NCBI GenBank assembly: GCA_039630085.1
Contig: JBCNVM010000008.1
Span: 1-64,000, forward strand
Reading direction: 5' to 3'
DNA length: 64,000 bases
Source of the DNA: Candidatus Caldarchaeales archaeon
Lineage (GTDB): Archaea; Thermoproteota; Nitrososphaeria_A; Caldarchaeales; Calditenuaceae
Shown piece after piece: positions 37,474 to 46,780 of the stretch. The notes under the pieces were generated by a model. The model was not told the DNA's origin, did no database searches, and saw only the letters and a list, made by a program, of their open reading frames with translations. Position 1 is the first letter of the stretch, and each line of letters starts with the position of its first letter. The position numbers were made by a program, and so were the translations under genes.

Positions 37474-38565
37474 GTGGACGTCGAGCGGCGGATCGAGCTG
37501 ATAACGCGGCCTCCGACCGAGGAGGTGATCACGCTCGAGGAGCTGAGGGAACTCCTCGAGACCCTCGAGAGGCCGGTCGCCTACGACGGGTTCGAGCCGA
37601 GCGGGCTAGCTCACCTCCCCTTCGGGCTCCTAAGGCCGATCAAGCTGAGGGATATGATCGAGGCGGGGTGCAGGTTCAAGCTCCTCCTCGCGGACTGGCA
37701 CGCGATGATCAACAACAAGATGGGAGGGGACCTCGAGGCGATCAGGAGGGTCGGGGAGTACTTCGTCGAGGTCTGGAGGGCCGCGGGGGTAGACACGGGC
37801 TCGGTCGAGATCGTCTGGGCGAGCGACAACGCCAGCGACCCCGAGTACTGGAGGCTGGTCGTCAGGGTCGCGAGGTCCGTGACGCTCAGGCGGGTGATGA
37901 GGGCCCTCCCGATCATGGGCAGGGTCGAGGGCGAGCTCCAGGAGGCCGCGCAGGTGATCTACCCGGCGATGCAGGTCGCGGACATCTTCTACATGGGCTG
38001 CCACATCTGCCAGCTCGGGCTCGACCAGAGGAGGGCCAACATGCTCGCGAGGGAGATAGGCCCCAAGCTCGGTTACTGGAAGCCGGTGGCCGTGCACCAC
38101 CATATGCTGATGGGCCTCCAGGGCCCCGTGGGTCCCAGGGGGATGGACGACGACCCGAGGATAGACGTCCAGATCAGCTCGAAGATGAGCAAGAGCCTCC
38201 CGGAGACCAGCATCCTCGTCCACGACCCGCCCGAGGTGATCGAGCGGAAGGTGATGGGGGCCTACTGCCCTCCCAGGACCGAGGAGGGCAACCCGATACT
38301 GGACTACGCGAAGCACATCGTCTTCAGGGCGAAGGACCGGCTGACCGTCGAGAGGGAGCGGAGGTACGGCGGCGACGTCACCTACGCGAGCTACGAGGAG
38401 CTCAGGGACGACTACTTGGCCGGGAGGCTCCACCCGCTGGACCTGAAGAGGACCGTGGCCAGGGCCCTCGACGAGCTGATAGCGCCGATCAGGAGGCACT
38501 TCGAGACCAACGCAAGGGCCAGGGAGCTCTACGAGTTCGTCAGGAGCGCCGAGGTAACGAGGTGA
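37474..38565 (+). CDS. tyrS: Tyrosyl-tRNA synthetase
   Basis: AYDGFEPSG, YPAMQVADI, GLDQR, KMSKS, LHPLDLK. Confidence 0.95.
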   Translation: MDVERRIELITRPPTEEVITLEELRELLETLERPVAYDGFEPSGLAHLPFGLLRPIKLRDMIEAGCRFKLLLADWHAMINNKMGGDLEAIRRVGEYFVEVWRAAGVDTGSVEIVWASDNASDPEYWRLVVRVARSVTLRRVMRALPIMGRVEGELQEAAQVIYPAMQVADIFYMGCHICQLGLDQRRANMLAREIGPKLGYWKPVAVHHHMLMGLQGPVGPRGMDDDPRIDVQISSKMSKSLPETSILVHDPPEVIERKVMGAYCPPRTEEGNPILDYAKHIVFRAKDRLTVERERRYGGDVTYASYEELRDDYLAGRLHPLDLKRTVARALDELIAPIRRHFETNARARELYEFVRSAEVTR

Positions 38566-38665
38566 ATGTGGTCCGCCTGACCCGCGCCCGCTTCACCGAC
38601 CGGGCGGATCGCCCTGCTCCGGGGCGCCAAGGCTGCGGACCGGTCAGATGGCCTGCGCTCCCCTC

Positions 38666-39106
38666 TTAAGACTTGCCCCGGAGCCCCCGGTTCCCCCTGC
38701 CGAGGAAGTGCTCCTCGAGGAAGGCCCTGGTCGACTCGGTCATCTCGAGCCCCTCGACCTCGTCCGGCCCGAACCACCTGGCCTCCAGCGCGTCGCTCCC
38801 CGCCGCCAGTGATCCGCCCACGACGTCGCACAGGAAGTCCACGATCACGAAGTGCTCGACCACGGACCCGTCCTCGGCCCTCCAGAAGACGTCCACCACG
38901 TCCACCACCCTGATGACCTCGACCTCCAGCCCCGTCTCCTCCCTCACCTCCCTCACGACCGCCGAGGCGGCCCTCTCGCCGAACCTCAGCCTCCCGCCGG
39001 GCAGCGACCACTTATTCCTCCCCGGAGGGTTGGACCTCCTCACCAGCAGGACCTTCCCGTCCCTCACCACGAACGCTCCGACCGCAGGAGTCGGCCTCCT
39101 CTCCAA
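38666..39106 (-). CDS. Nudix hydrolase
   Basis: PGGRLRFGE..A..REVREETGL Nudix box. Confidence 0.9.
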   Translation of the reverse strand: MERRPTPAVGAFVVRDGKVLLVRRSNPPGRNKWSLPGGRLRFGERAASAVVREVREETGLEVEVIRVVDVVDVFWRAEDGSVVEHFVIVDFLCDVVGGSLAAGSDALEARWFGPDEVEGLEMTESTRAFLEEHFLGRGNRGLRGKS

Positions 39107-39160
39107 GCCGGGACTGAAAGAGAGCGGATTTGCTTTTAGCGTTGATCCCGGGAGAGGGAC

Positions 39161-39757
39161 TCAGAGGTTCCTCGTCCCCTCTGCCCCGGAGACCTTAAGG
39201 CCCTCCGGGACGTCCGGGAAAGCGGTCTTCATCCTCTGCGCGGCGATCTCCGACGCCTCTTGGAGAATCTTCTGGGCCTCCGGGTCCGCGATCGAGACGC
39301 TCACCACCGTCCCCGAGACGCTGCCAGCCTCCGCTATCAGTCCCTCGAGCACCTCGTCGACGTACCTCAGGTTCTGGGCGACCTCCGGGACTATGCCTGC
39401 GAGGTCGGACTGGACCTGCTTGACGATCGCGGTCGCCGGGCCGAGGACGTGCATGACGTCCCCGAACTCCTTCACCGTCTCGAGCCTCAGGATCACCTTC
39501 TCGAGCGAGAGCTGGCTCCTCACGACGACCCTCGACATCTTCCTCAGCTGCGCGATCTCGTTCGCGTAGATCGTGGCCCTGCTGACGTCGCCCTCCTGCT
39601 GCGCCCTCACGCACTGCTCGAAGAGCTCCTTGGCCCTCGCGGAGAGCCTCGAGACCGTGCGGTTCAGCTTGTCCGACTGGATCCTCAGCGCCATCAGCAC
39701 CTCGGTGAACCTGGCGTCGCTCGTCGTTATCGACTCCTTCACGAAGGGTATCCTCAT
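39161..39757 (-). CDS. ESCRT-III/CdvB-family (Snf7) protein
   Basis: ELFEQCVRA...RATIYANEIAQLRK...LEKVILRLETV...PEVA..L; EAQKILQEA C-terminal helix. Confidence 0.85.
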   Translation of the reverse strand: MRIPFVKESITTSDARFTEVLMALRIQSDKLNRTVSRLSARAKELFEQCVRAQQEGDVSRATIYANEIAQLRKMSRVVVRSQLSLEKVILRLETVKEFGDVMHVLGPATAIVKQVQSDLAGIVPEVAQNLRYVDEVLEGLIAEAGSVSGTVVSVSIADPEAQKILQEASEIAAQRMKTAFPDVPEGLKVSGAEGTRNL

Positions 39758-39930
39758 CTCGGGCGTGATGGAGGACGATCGGACTAAAAGTTGACCAGGC
39801 TCGCGGTCGAGGGGAATCGGTGAGGAATCCGCGGGAATTACCGCGCAGAGCGGTGGGCCCGCAGGTCGTGCGTTCCGGCGGCGCGGGAGCCGTTTTATCC
39901 TCGGAGGGAGGCACAGATGAAGGACGGGGC

Positions 39931-40920
39931 GTGAAGGCTCTCGGGAACGTCGGATCCAGGACCCTCGAGCAGGTCGTGGAGGCTGTGAGGGCCGCGGGCA
40001 CGGAATGCGAGCTCCTGAAGGACCCGTCGGAGCTGAGGGACCCGGAGGAGGTGCTGATGCTGATCGGCGACGACCGGTGGGTCCTGAGGAAGGTCCATGA
40101 GCTCTCCTGCCCCGAGCAGCCCCTCCTGATCGTCGGCACCGAGGAGACCAGGTCCTTCCTGACGTCCGTCGGGCTCTGGGAGCTGAGGGAGGCCGCGGAG
40201 CTGTTCTCGTCGGGGGAGTTCGCGGTCGAGGAGGTCACGCTGCTGGACGTCCTCGCCGACGGCAGGAGGGTCGACTTCGCGGTGAACGAGGGAGCTGTCT
40301 TCCCGGTGAGGCAGGCGATGCTGATGGAGCACTCGCTCTACGTCGACGGCGAGCTCCTCTGGAGGGACAGGTCCGACGGCGTCCTGGTCTCGACGCCGAT
40401 CGGCTCGAGCGCCTACTCCCTCTCAGCCGGAGGGGCGCTCGTCCACCACTCCGCGAGGGTCTTCCAAGTGGTCTCGATCAACTCGATCGACCTCACGAGG
40501 AGGCCGCTGATCGTGCCATCGAGCTCAGAGGTCGAGGTCGCGGAGATGGACTGCGAGAGCGACGTCGAGCTGATCGTCGACGGGTTCCTGAGGGCCCCGG
40601 TGAGGGAGTCGGTGACCCTTCGCGCCTTCGGGAGGCCTCTGAGGCTCGTGAAGATCAGGGGCAGGGAGCCCGTGAGCAGGAAGATGGAGAAGAAGGTGAT
40701 GATAGCGGAGGAGCTGCTCTCGCTACCGCCCTCCGCGAAGCTCGTGAAGAAGGTCCTCGAGTACGAGGGACCACTGACCTTCGAGGAGCTCCTGGTCAGG
40801 ACGGCCCTCCCGGAGAGGACGCTGAGGTACGCCCTGACCGCCCTGACGGCCCGCGGCGCGATCAGGAGGCTAAGGGACCACAACGACGCCCGGAAGAGGA
40901 TCTACGCCCTCAGGACCTGA
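39931..40920 (+). CDS. NAD kinase-like protein fused to a C-terminal winged HTH
   Basis: AVNE, DGVLVSTPIGSSAYSLSAGG; LPPSAKLV...LPERTLRYAL wHTH; GGDG motif reads GDDR; start approximate. Confidence 0.8.
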   Translation: MKALGNVGSRTLEQVVEAVRAAGTECELLKDPSELRDPEEVLMLIGDDRWVLRKVHELSCPEQPLLIVGTEETRSFLTSVGLWELREAAELFSSGEFAVEEVTLLDVLADGRRVDFAVNEGAVFPVRQAMLMEHSLYVDGELLWRDRSDGVLVSTPIGSSAYSLSAGGALVHHSARVFQVVSINSIDLTRRPLIVPSSSEVEVAEMDCESDVELIVDGFLRAPVRESVTLRAFGRPLRLVKIRGREPVSRKMEKKVMIAEELLSLPPSAKLVKKVLEYEGPLTFEELLVRTALPERTLRYALTALTARGAIRRLRDHNDARKRIYALRT

Positions 40921-41000
40921 GATGGGGGCAAGGCGCTCGGAGGGCACGCGGTGTTGCCTGCGATCCAAGGTATAGGCGAACGCCCTGAAGGCGTAGGACC

Positions 41001-42209
41001 GTGAGGAGGGCGGTCGTAGCGGCCGTCGTATTGGCGCTCGTCGCGGCTGCGGTTCTGGCGGCCCTCAGCGCGGTCCAGAGGGCCGCTCCCGCCGAGCCGA
41101 TCAGGATAGGCTTCTTGGGGCCGCTGACGGGCCCCTTCGCTGCGTGGGGGCTCAACCACAGGGACGGGATGGCCTTCGCGGTAGAGGAGCTGAACGCGAG
41201 GGGAGGGGTGCTGGGGAGGAGGCTGGAGCTGGTCGTGAGGGACGACAGGAACAGCCCTTCGGAGGCGATCGCGGCCTTCAGGGAGCTGGTCGAGGTCCAG
41301 AGGGCGGTGGCGGTCGCGGGCCCGGTCTCCAGCGACGTCGGGCTCGCGCTCTCGAGGGAGGCCGAGAGGTACAGGGTACCGCTCTTCCTCCACGCCGCGG
41401 GCTCCGACAGGGTGCTGAGCCGCTCCGGCAGGTTCACCTTCAGGACCTGCCTCCCCTCGGCCTCGATGCACGAGGAGCTCTTCGGGGAGTTCATCGCCTC
41501 CCACGGGATCAGGAGGGTCGCGAACCTGATCGCCGACTACGAGTGGGGCCACTCGATCAGGGAGGCCGTCGAGAGGGTCGCGAGGAGGCTGGGGGTCGAG
41601 CTTGTCACGGAGGTGGCTCCGCTCGCCGAGAGGGACTTCACCCCCTACCTGAGGAGGCTGAAGGAATTCGACCCGGAGCTGATCGTGGCCACCGGTCACC
41701 CGCCCGGACTCGCGACGATCGTCAAGCAGGGCGCCGAGCTCGGACTGAGGGCTAGGTGGGTCACAGGGTCGATACCGCCCGCGGCGCCCCTCGTCAGCTC
41801 GCTGGGCGACTTGGCCTTCGAGAGGGTCCTCCTGACCAACTGCGCCAACTACGGGAGCGGGGAGTACGTCAGGCTCGCGGAGAGGTTCAGGGCCAGGTTC
41901 GGGACGCTCATGGAGCAGTTCGCGGTGACAGGGTACGTGACGGTGATGCTGGTCGCAGACGCGATCGCGAGGACCGGGTCGGCTGACCCCGTTAAGGTCG
42001 CGGAGGCCGTGAGGACCGGGAGGTTCGTCACGGAGCTCCTCAACTGGCCCCTCTCTTACACCGAGTGGGGGGAGCTGAGGGAGGCGAGGATGAGCTTCGC
42101 GGTGATAAGGAGGGGAGACCCGCCGGGGGGCGTGAACCCGGGAGCAGGATGGCACCTCGAGACCCTTTTCGTCACGTCGAGGCCAGTGAGGCCCTATGAG
42201 CCGCCGTGA
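41001..42209 (+). CDS. Branched-chain amino acid-type ABC substrate-binding protein
   Basis: IRIGFLGPLTG, NARGGVLGRRLELVVRDD. Confidence 0.9.
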   Translation: MRRAVVAAVVLALVAAAVLAALSAVQRAAPAEPIRIGFLGPLTGPFAAWGLNHRDGMAFAVEELNARGGVLGRRLELVVRDDRNSPSEAIAAFRELVEVQRAVAVAGPVSSDVGLALSREAERYRVPLFLHAAGSDRVLSRSGRFTFRTCLPSASMHEELFGEFIASHGIRRVANLIADYEWGHSIREAVERVARRLGVELVTEVAPLAERDFTPYLRRLKEFDPELIVATGHPPGLATIVKQGAELGLRARWVTGSIPPAAPLVSSLGDLAFERVLLTNCANYGSGEYVRLAERFRARFGTLMEQFAVTGYVTVMLVADAIARTGSADPVKVAEAVRTGRFVTELLNWPLSYTEWGELREARMSFAVIRRGDPPGGVNPGAGWHLETLFVTSRPVRPYEPP

Positions 42210-42912
42210 GGCGGTGCTGAGGGCGGTGGGCGTCGCGAAGTCGCTCGGAGGGAGCCCGGTCCTGAGGGGCGCGAGCCTCGAGGTCGCGGAGGGCGAGGTC
42301 CTCGGGCTCATCGGCCCCAACGGCTCCGGGAAGACGACGCTCGTCAACGTGATCACCGGACTCTGGAGGCCCGACTCGGGCAGGGTGACGGTCGACGGGT
42401 TGGACGTGACCCACATGCCGCCCGAGGGGATCGCGAGGCTCGGCGTGAGGAGGACCTTCCAGGTCCCCAGGCTCTTCGGGAGGCTCACCGCCCTCCAGAA
42501 CGCCGAGCTCCCGCTGATCGCGGAGGGCGCCCCCGACGCCTACGAGAGGGCGAAGGAGGTCCTCGAGGCGCTCGGGTTCAGGGATTTCGACGCGAGGCCC
42601 GAGGAGCTGGACCTTCCCAGGAGGAGGCTGGTCGAGGTCGCGAGGGCGGTCGCGGCGAGGCCGAGGCTCCTGGTGATCGACGAGCTCCTCGCCGGCCTCT
42701 CGGACGACGAGTGCGAGGCCTACGTCTCCTCCCTGATGGAGCTGAGGCGCGAGCTGGGCTTCTCGGTCCTCTGGGTCGAGCACGTGGTCAGGTGGCTCTT
42801 CAGGGCCGCCGACAGGGTCGCGGTGATGAACGAGGGCTCCGTGGTCGCGGAGGGCAGCCCGGAGGAGGTCATGGCCTCTCCCGAGGTGAGCAGGATCTAC
42901 TTCGGTGCCTGA
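42196..42912 (+). CDS. LivG-like ABC ATPase
   Basis: GPNGSGKT, RTFQ, VIDE, VEH. Confidence 0.88.
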   Translation: MSRREAVLRAVGVAKSLGGSPVLRGASLEVAEGEVLGLIGPNGSGKTTLVNVITGLWRPDSGRVTVDGLDVTHMPPEGIARLGVRRTFQVPRLFGRLTALQNAELPLIAEGAPDAYERAKEVLEALGFRDFDARPEELDLPRRRLVEVARAVAARPRLLVIDELLAGLSDDECEAYVSSLMELRRELGFSVLWVEHVVRWLFRAADRVAVMNEGSVVAEGSPEEVMASPEVSRIYFGA

Positions 42913-42914
42913 GC

Positions 42915-43628
42915 ATGCTCGAGGTCAGGGACGCGAGGGCGGTCATCGACGGCCACGAGGTCCTGAGGGGCGTGACGGTGAGGGTCGGGGACGGGGAGTC
43001 TGTCGCGCTGGTAGGGCCCAACGGCTCCGGGAAGACGACGCTCCTCAGGGCCGTCGCGGGGCTCGTCCGCCTCTCCTCTGGCAGGGTCCTGATAGACGGC
43101 TCCGACGTCACCTCGACCCCGGTCAAGGTCAGGGCCTCGATGGGCGTGGCGCTTGTCCCGAACGAGGGCGAGGTCTTCCCCGACCTCACGGTCCTCGAGA
43201 ACCTGATCGTCGCGGGCTCGGCGCTTAGGGACGCGTCTGAGCTGGCGCGTAACGTCGAGCGGGCCTTCTCGGCCTTCGGGAGGCTGAGGGAGAGGTCAAG
43301 GGTGAAGGCGTCGGCGCTCAGCGGCGGCGAGAGGAGGATGCTGGCTATCGCGATGGGCCTGGTGAGGTCGCCGAGGGTCCTGCTCCTCGACGAGCCGAGC
43401 AGCGGCCTCTCTCCCGCAGCCCTGAGGGACGTGGCCTCGGTCCTGAGGTCCTTCAGGGGCCCGAGGACTTCGGTGCTGGTCGCGGAGCAGAACCTCGACG
43501 CGGCCCTGGCCCTTGCAGAGAGGGTCTACGTGGTGAAGGGCGGCGCGGTGGTGGCCGAGGCGCTGAGCTCGGAGAGGGAGGCGCTCGCGAGGGCCTTCGC
43601 GTCGTCCCACTGGGTGACCAGATCTTGA
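42915..43628 (+). CDS. LivF-like ABC ATPase
   Basis: GPNGSGKT, LSGGE, LLDEPS, EQN; start ATG 42915. Confidence 0.88.
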   Translation: MLEVRDARAVIDGHEVLRGVTVRVGDGESVALVGPNGSGKTTLLRAVAGLVRLSSGRVLIDGSDVTSTPVKVRASMGVALVPNEGEVFPDLTVLENLIVAGSALRDASELARNVERAFSAFGRLRERSRVKASALSGGERRMLAIAMGLVRSPRVLLLDEPSSGLSPAALRDVASVLRSFRGPRTSVLVAEQNLDAALALAERVYVVKGGAVVAEALSSEREALARAFASSHWVTRS

Positions 43629-44464
43629 TCGACGTCCTGGTCGACGGAGTCTCGTTCGGGCTCCAGCTCGCGATGCTCGGCGTAGGCCTCACGGTCGTCT
43701 ATGGGATCGCGGGCGTCCTGAACCTCTCCCACGGCGAATGGGTCGTCGCCGCGACGGTCTCCGCCTCGCTGCTGACCGCCTCCGGACTCCACCCTGCCCT
43801 CGCGGCCCCCGCGGCCCTGCTTCCGGCCGTCCTCCTCTCAATCCTGACCTGGTCCCTGCTGAGGCCCCTCCAGAGGCTCGGGGAGGAGGAGAGGTCGGCC
43901 ATCGGGCTCGTGGTGACCCTGGCCCTCGCCCTCGCGCTCCACGGAGTCTTCACGTCCCAGTTCGCGACGGCCCACTACTCCTTCCAGGTCCCGGTGGGGC
44001 CCATCACGGTCGCGGGGTTCGACCTCAGGCCCTCCTCGCTGATCTCCTCGGCGACGGCCGCGCTCGTCCTCGCCTCCCTCCACCTCTTCGTCACCAGGAC
44101 GAGGACCGGGATCTCCCTCCGGGCAACCTTCCAGAACCCGCGGCTCGCGGAGCTCCAAGGTATCGACGTCGGGAGGATGAGGTCTGCCGCTTTCGTCCTC
44201 TCGGCGCTCCTCGCCGGGGGAGCTGGCCTGCTCCTGGGCACGACGGCCTCGGTGGACCCCGCCAGCGGACTCGAGCTGACCCTCCTCTCGCTGATCGTCT
44301 GCATCCTCGGGGGAGTGAGGAGCGTGAGGGGCGTGGTCTCGGCCGGCGTGGCGCTGGGCGTGACCGACTCGGTGCTCTCCTACCTGATCGGCGCCTACCT
44401 CTCCCAGTTCCTCCTCCTGATGGTCGCGTCGGCGGTCCTCGCGTCCAAGGTGAGGCTCGGTTGA
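43625..44464 (+). CDS. LivH-like ABC permease
   Basis: GLTVVYG..GVLNLSHG, TRTGISLRA. Confidence 0.85.
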   Translation: MIDVLVDGVSFGLQLAMLGVGLTVVYGIAGVLNLSHGEWVVAATVSASLLTASGLHPALAAPAALLPAVLLSILTWSLLRPLQRLGEEERSAIGLVVTLALALALHGVFTSQFATAHYSFQVPVGPITVAGFDLRPSSLISSATAALVLASLHLFVTRTRTGISLRATFQNPRLAELQGIDVGRMRSAAFVLSALLAGGAGLLLGTTASVDPASGLELTLLSLIVCILGGVRSVRGVVSAGVALGVTDSVLSYLIGAYLSQFLLLMVASAVLASKVRLG

Positions 44465-45435
44465 GGCCGGGGACGCTCGTCGGGGCCGCCTCCGCGGTTC
44501 TGACCTCCGCGATCGTCGTGGCCTCGCTCTCCTCCGAGAGCCTCTACGCCCTCCGGGTCGTGAGCAGCGTCGCGTTCTACGTCGCCGTCTCCCAGGCCGT
44601 GGGGCTGGTCTTCGCGGCCACAGGCCAGGTCTTCCTCGCGTTCGGTGCGCTCGCCGGGACCTCCGCTTACGTCGCCTCGCTCCTCGCGATCCACCTCGAC
44701 GTCCACCGCTCGGTCGCCTCGGCAGCTGGGATCTCGGCCTCGGTGCTCCTCGGGACCGCGGCCTCGGCGGCCGCAGCGTCTAGGGGCGTCTCGGGGATGC
44801 ACTTCGGCGTCCTGACGCTCCTCGTGGCCCTCTCCTTCGAGGTGCTGGTCCTGGGGATGAGGGAGGTGACGTTCGGCGAGGCGGGCTTCAGGGTCCCCGA
44901 CCCGCTGGCCTGGATGGGGGAGCTGGCCTCCGCGAGGGCCTACGCCCTGATGGGCGCGGCGCTGCTCTCGGCCTCGACGGCCATCAACCTGCTCCTCCTA
45001 CGCTCGAGGGTCGGCGTCCTGATGAGGGCGGTCGGGGAGGACGCGGAGCTCGTGAGGTTCTCCGGCGTTAACCCGGTGAGGTACAAGGCCCTCGCCACGG
45101 CTATCGGCTCGCTCTACGCCTCGGCCGCGGGACAGCTCTACGCCCACTCGAACGGCTTCGCCGCTCCCTCGATGTTCTCGCTGGCCGAGGTCGACGCGCT
45201 CGCTTACCTCGTCTGCATCGTCGGAGGCCTCGGGAGCGCGACAGGGGTTTTGATCGCGGGCACCGGAGTCACGCTCCTGAAGGAGGCCACGAGGGGCCTT
45301 GGGGAGCTCCAGCTCGCGGTCTTCGGGCTCAGCCTCCTCGCGTCGGTGACGGCGTGGAAGTCGGGAGCCCTGAGCAGGTCGCTCCGGCTCACGGCCTCTG
45401 GGCGACGAAGACCGAGTAGGTCGACTCCGGGGTGA
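44461..45435 (+). CDS. LivM-like ABC permease
   Basis: TGQVFLA, SRVGVLMRAVGED, VGGLGS; TTG start overlapping the upstream stop. Confidence 0.8.
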   Translation: MRPGTLVGAASAVLTSAIVVASLSSESLYALRVVSSVAFYVAVSQAVGLVFAATGQVFLAFGALAGTSAYVASLLAIHLDVHRSVASAAGISASVLLGTAASAAAASRGVSGMHFGVLTLLVALSFEVLVLGMREVTFGEAGFRVPDPLAWMGELASARAYALMGAALLSASTAINLLLLRSRVGVLMRAVGEDAELVRFSGVNPVRYKALATAIGSLYASAAGQLYAHSNGFAAPSMFSLAEVDALAYLVCIVGGLGSATGVLIAGTGVTLLKEATRGLGELQLAVFGLSLLASVTAWKSGALSRSLRLTASGRRRPSRSTPG

Positions 45436-46696
45436 CGGACTTCACGCGGACCCTGATCGCCGAGAGGCCCGAGAACCTGAGGACCTGGGACTCCCCCTCC
45501 TTCGCGGCGACCGACTCCGCCCTGAACCAGACGTCCTTGAAGCCGACGTCCACGTAGGGGCTGAAAGTGCCGTAAACGGTGAGCTCGACCTCTCCTTTGT
45601 GCACGAGCAGGTTCAGGGCGACCTCGTCCCACTCCATCACGTTCAACGGCGGGTCGAGGAACTCGCCCTCGGGCCTCGCATAGTCTCTGAAGGCGAGCGC
45701 CCAGTAGAGGCTCGACCTCGGGAGCTCCTCTAACTCCAGCACCGTCGAGGAGTAACGGCCGTTCCAGTCCACGAGCCCCAGCCTGCCTCTCAGGGTCCAG
45801 AAGACGTGGGTCGTCTCGTGAAGCCCGATCGACGTCGGCCTGTAAATCTCCCTGCTCTCCCACCGGCGATGCGGATCCTCCAGCGCGATAAAGGGCCTCA
45901 TCCAGCCCCAGACCGGCCTACAGTCCTCGTCCACCGCGACCACCCCGCCTCCCGCCTCCATTCCGATCACGGTCACGTTCCCCCCGAGCTCCGCGAGCCC
46001 GAGCCTCAGCGCCGAGTGCGGCTTCATCGGCCAGAAGACGTTCCTCTTGGAAACAGGGGGACAAGACCATTTCACGAACCCGTTGTCCTCCCTGACCTCG
46101 TAGACGCCCTCTGTGCTCCTGTTCACAGCAACCAGCAGGTCGCCGCCGAAGTCGTTCCTGTGGATCTCGCTGGGCGTGCGGCCCTCGACCCTCGAGAGCT
46201 TCGCGACCCCCGGCCCCAAGTCGAGGTTCCAGACCGTCTTCCCGTCGAAGTCGATCCTCCTGACGAACCCCGCGGAGTAGTCGGTGATGATCAGGCCCTT
46301 CAGGTCCGATGTCGGGAGGCAGTCGTGGGACCACTTCGCGTCGTCCGGCCTCGCGACCTTCTTGACGTTCCTCCCCCTCCTCGAGACTAGGACGTAGTTG
46401 TTGTCGAGGTCCGCGCAGAGCACGTCCCCGGGCTGGGCTCCGATTCCGGGGATCTCCTCGGTGACCATCCTGACGATGTGAGGGTTCGCGGTGCGCGCGG
46501 TGCGGGCGCCCCCCTCTACCCTGTGCTCCCAGACCACCTCGCCGGACTCGAGGCTGTAGATCTCCACCGACCTCCTGATGTGGGGGTCGGCCATCACGAG
46601 CACCTCCTCGCCGGTCACCGGGTCGATGAGGTTCTCGGCGAAGTGCGGCGCGTACCCGTGCTTGGAGAAGAGGACCCTTGCCTTCAGGCCCAGCAT
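45389..46696 (-). CDS. Hypothetical protein, probable beta-propeller plus C-terminal beta-sandwich
   Basis: Repeated G.VVW-type blades (SGEVVWE, DGKTVWN, NGFVKWS, CRPVWG); start MLGLKARV at 46696. Confidence 0.65.
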   Translation of the reverse strand: MLGLKARVLFSKHGYAPHFAENLIDPVTGEEVLVMADPHIRRSVEIYSLESGEVVWEHRVEGGARTARTANPHIVRMVTEEIPGIGAQPGDVLCADLDNNYVLVSRRGRNVKKVARPDDAKWSHDCLPTSDLKGLIITDYSAGFVRRIDFDGKTVWNLDLGPGVAKLSRVEGRTPSEIHRNDFGGDLLVAVNRSTEGVYEVREDNGFVKWSCPPVSKRNVFWPMKPHSALRLGLAELGGNVTVIGMEAGGGVVAVDEDCRPVWGWMRPFIALEDPHRRWESREIYRPTSIGLHETTHVFWTLRGRLGLVDWNGRYSSTVLELEELPRSSLYWALAFRDYARPEGEFLDPPLNVMEWDEVALNLLVHKGEVELTVYGTFSPYVDVGFKDVWFRAESVAAKEGESQVLRFSGLSAIRVRVKSVTPESTYSVFVAQRP

Positions 46697-46780
46697 CGGC
46701 TGTCGAAGAGGGCCCCGGATATTCGGCTTTCCCGCGGGGCCAAAGGTTAATGGGGGCTGAAGGGGAGTCCGGCTTAGCGG

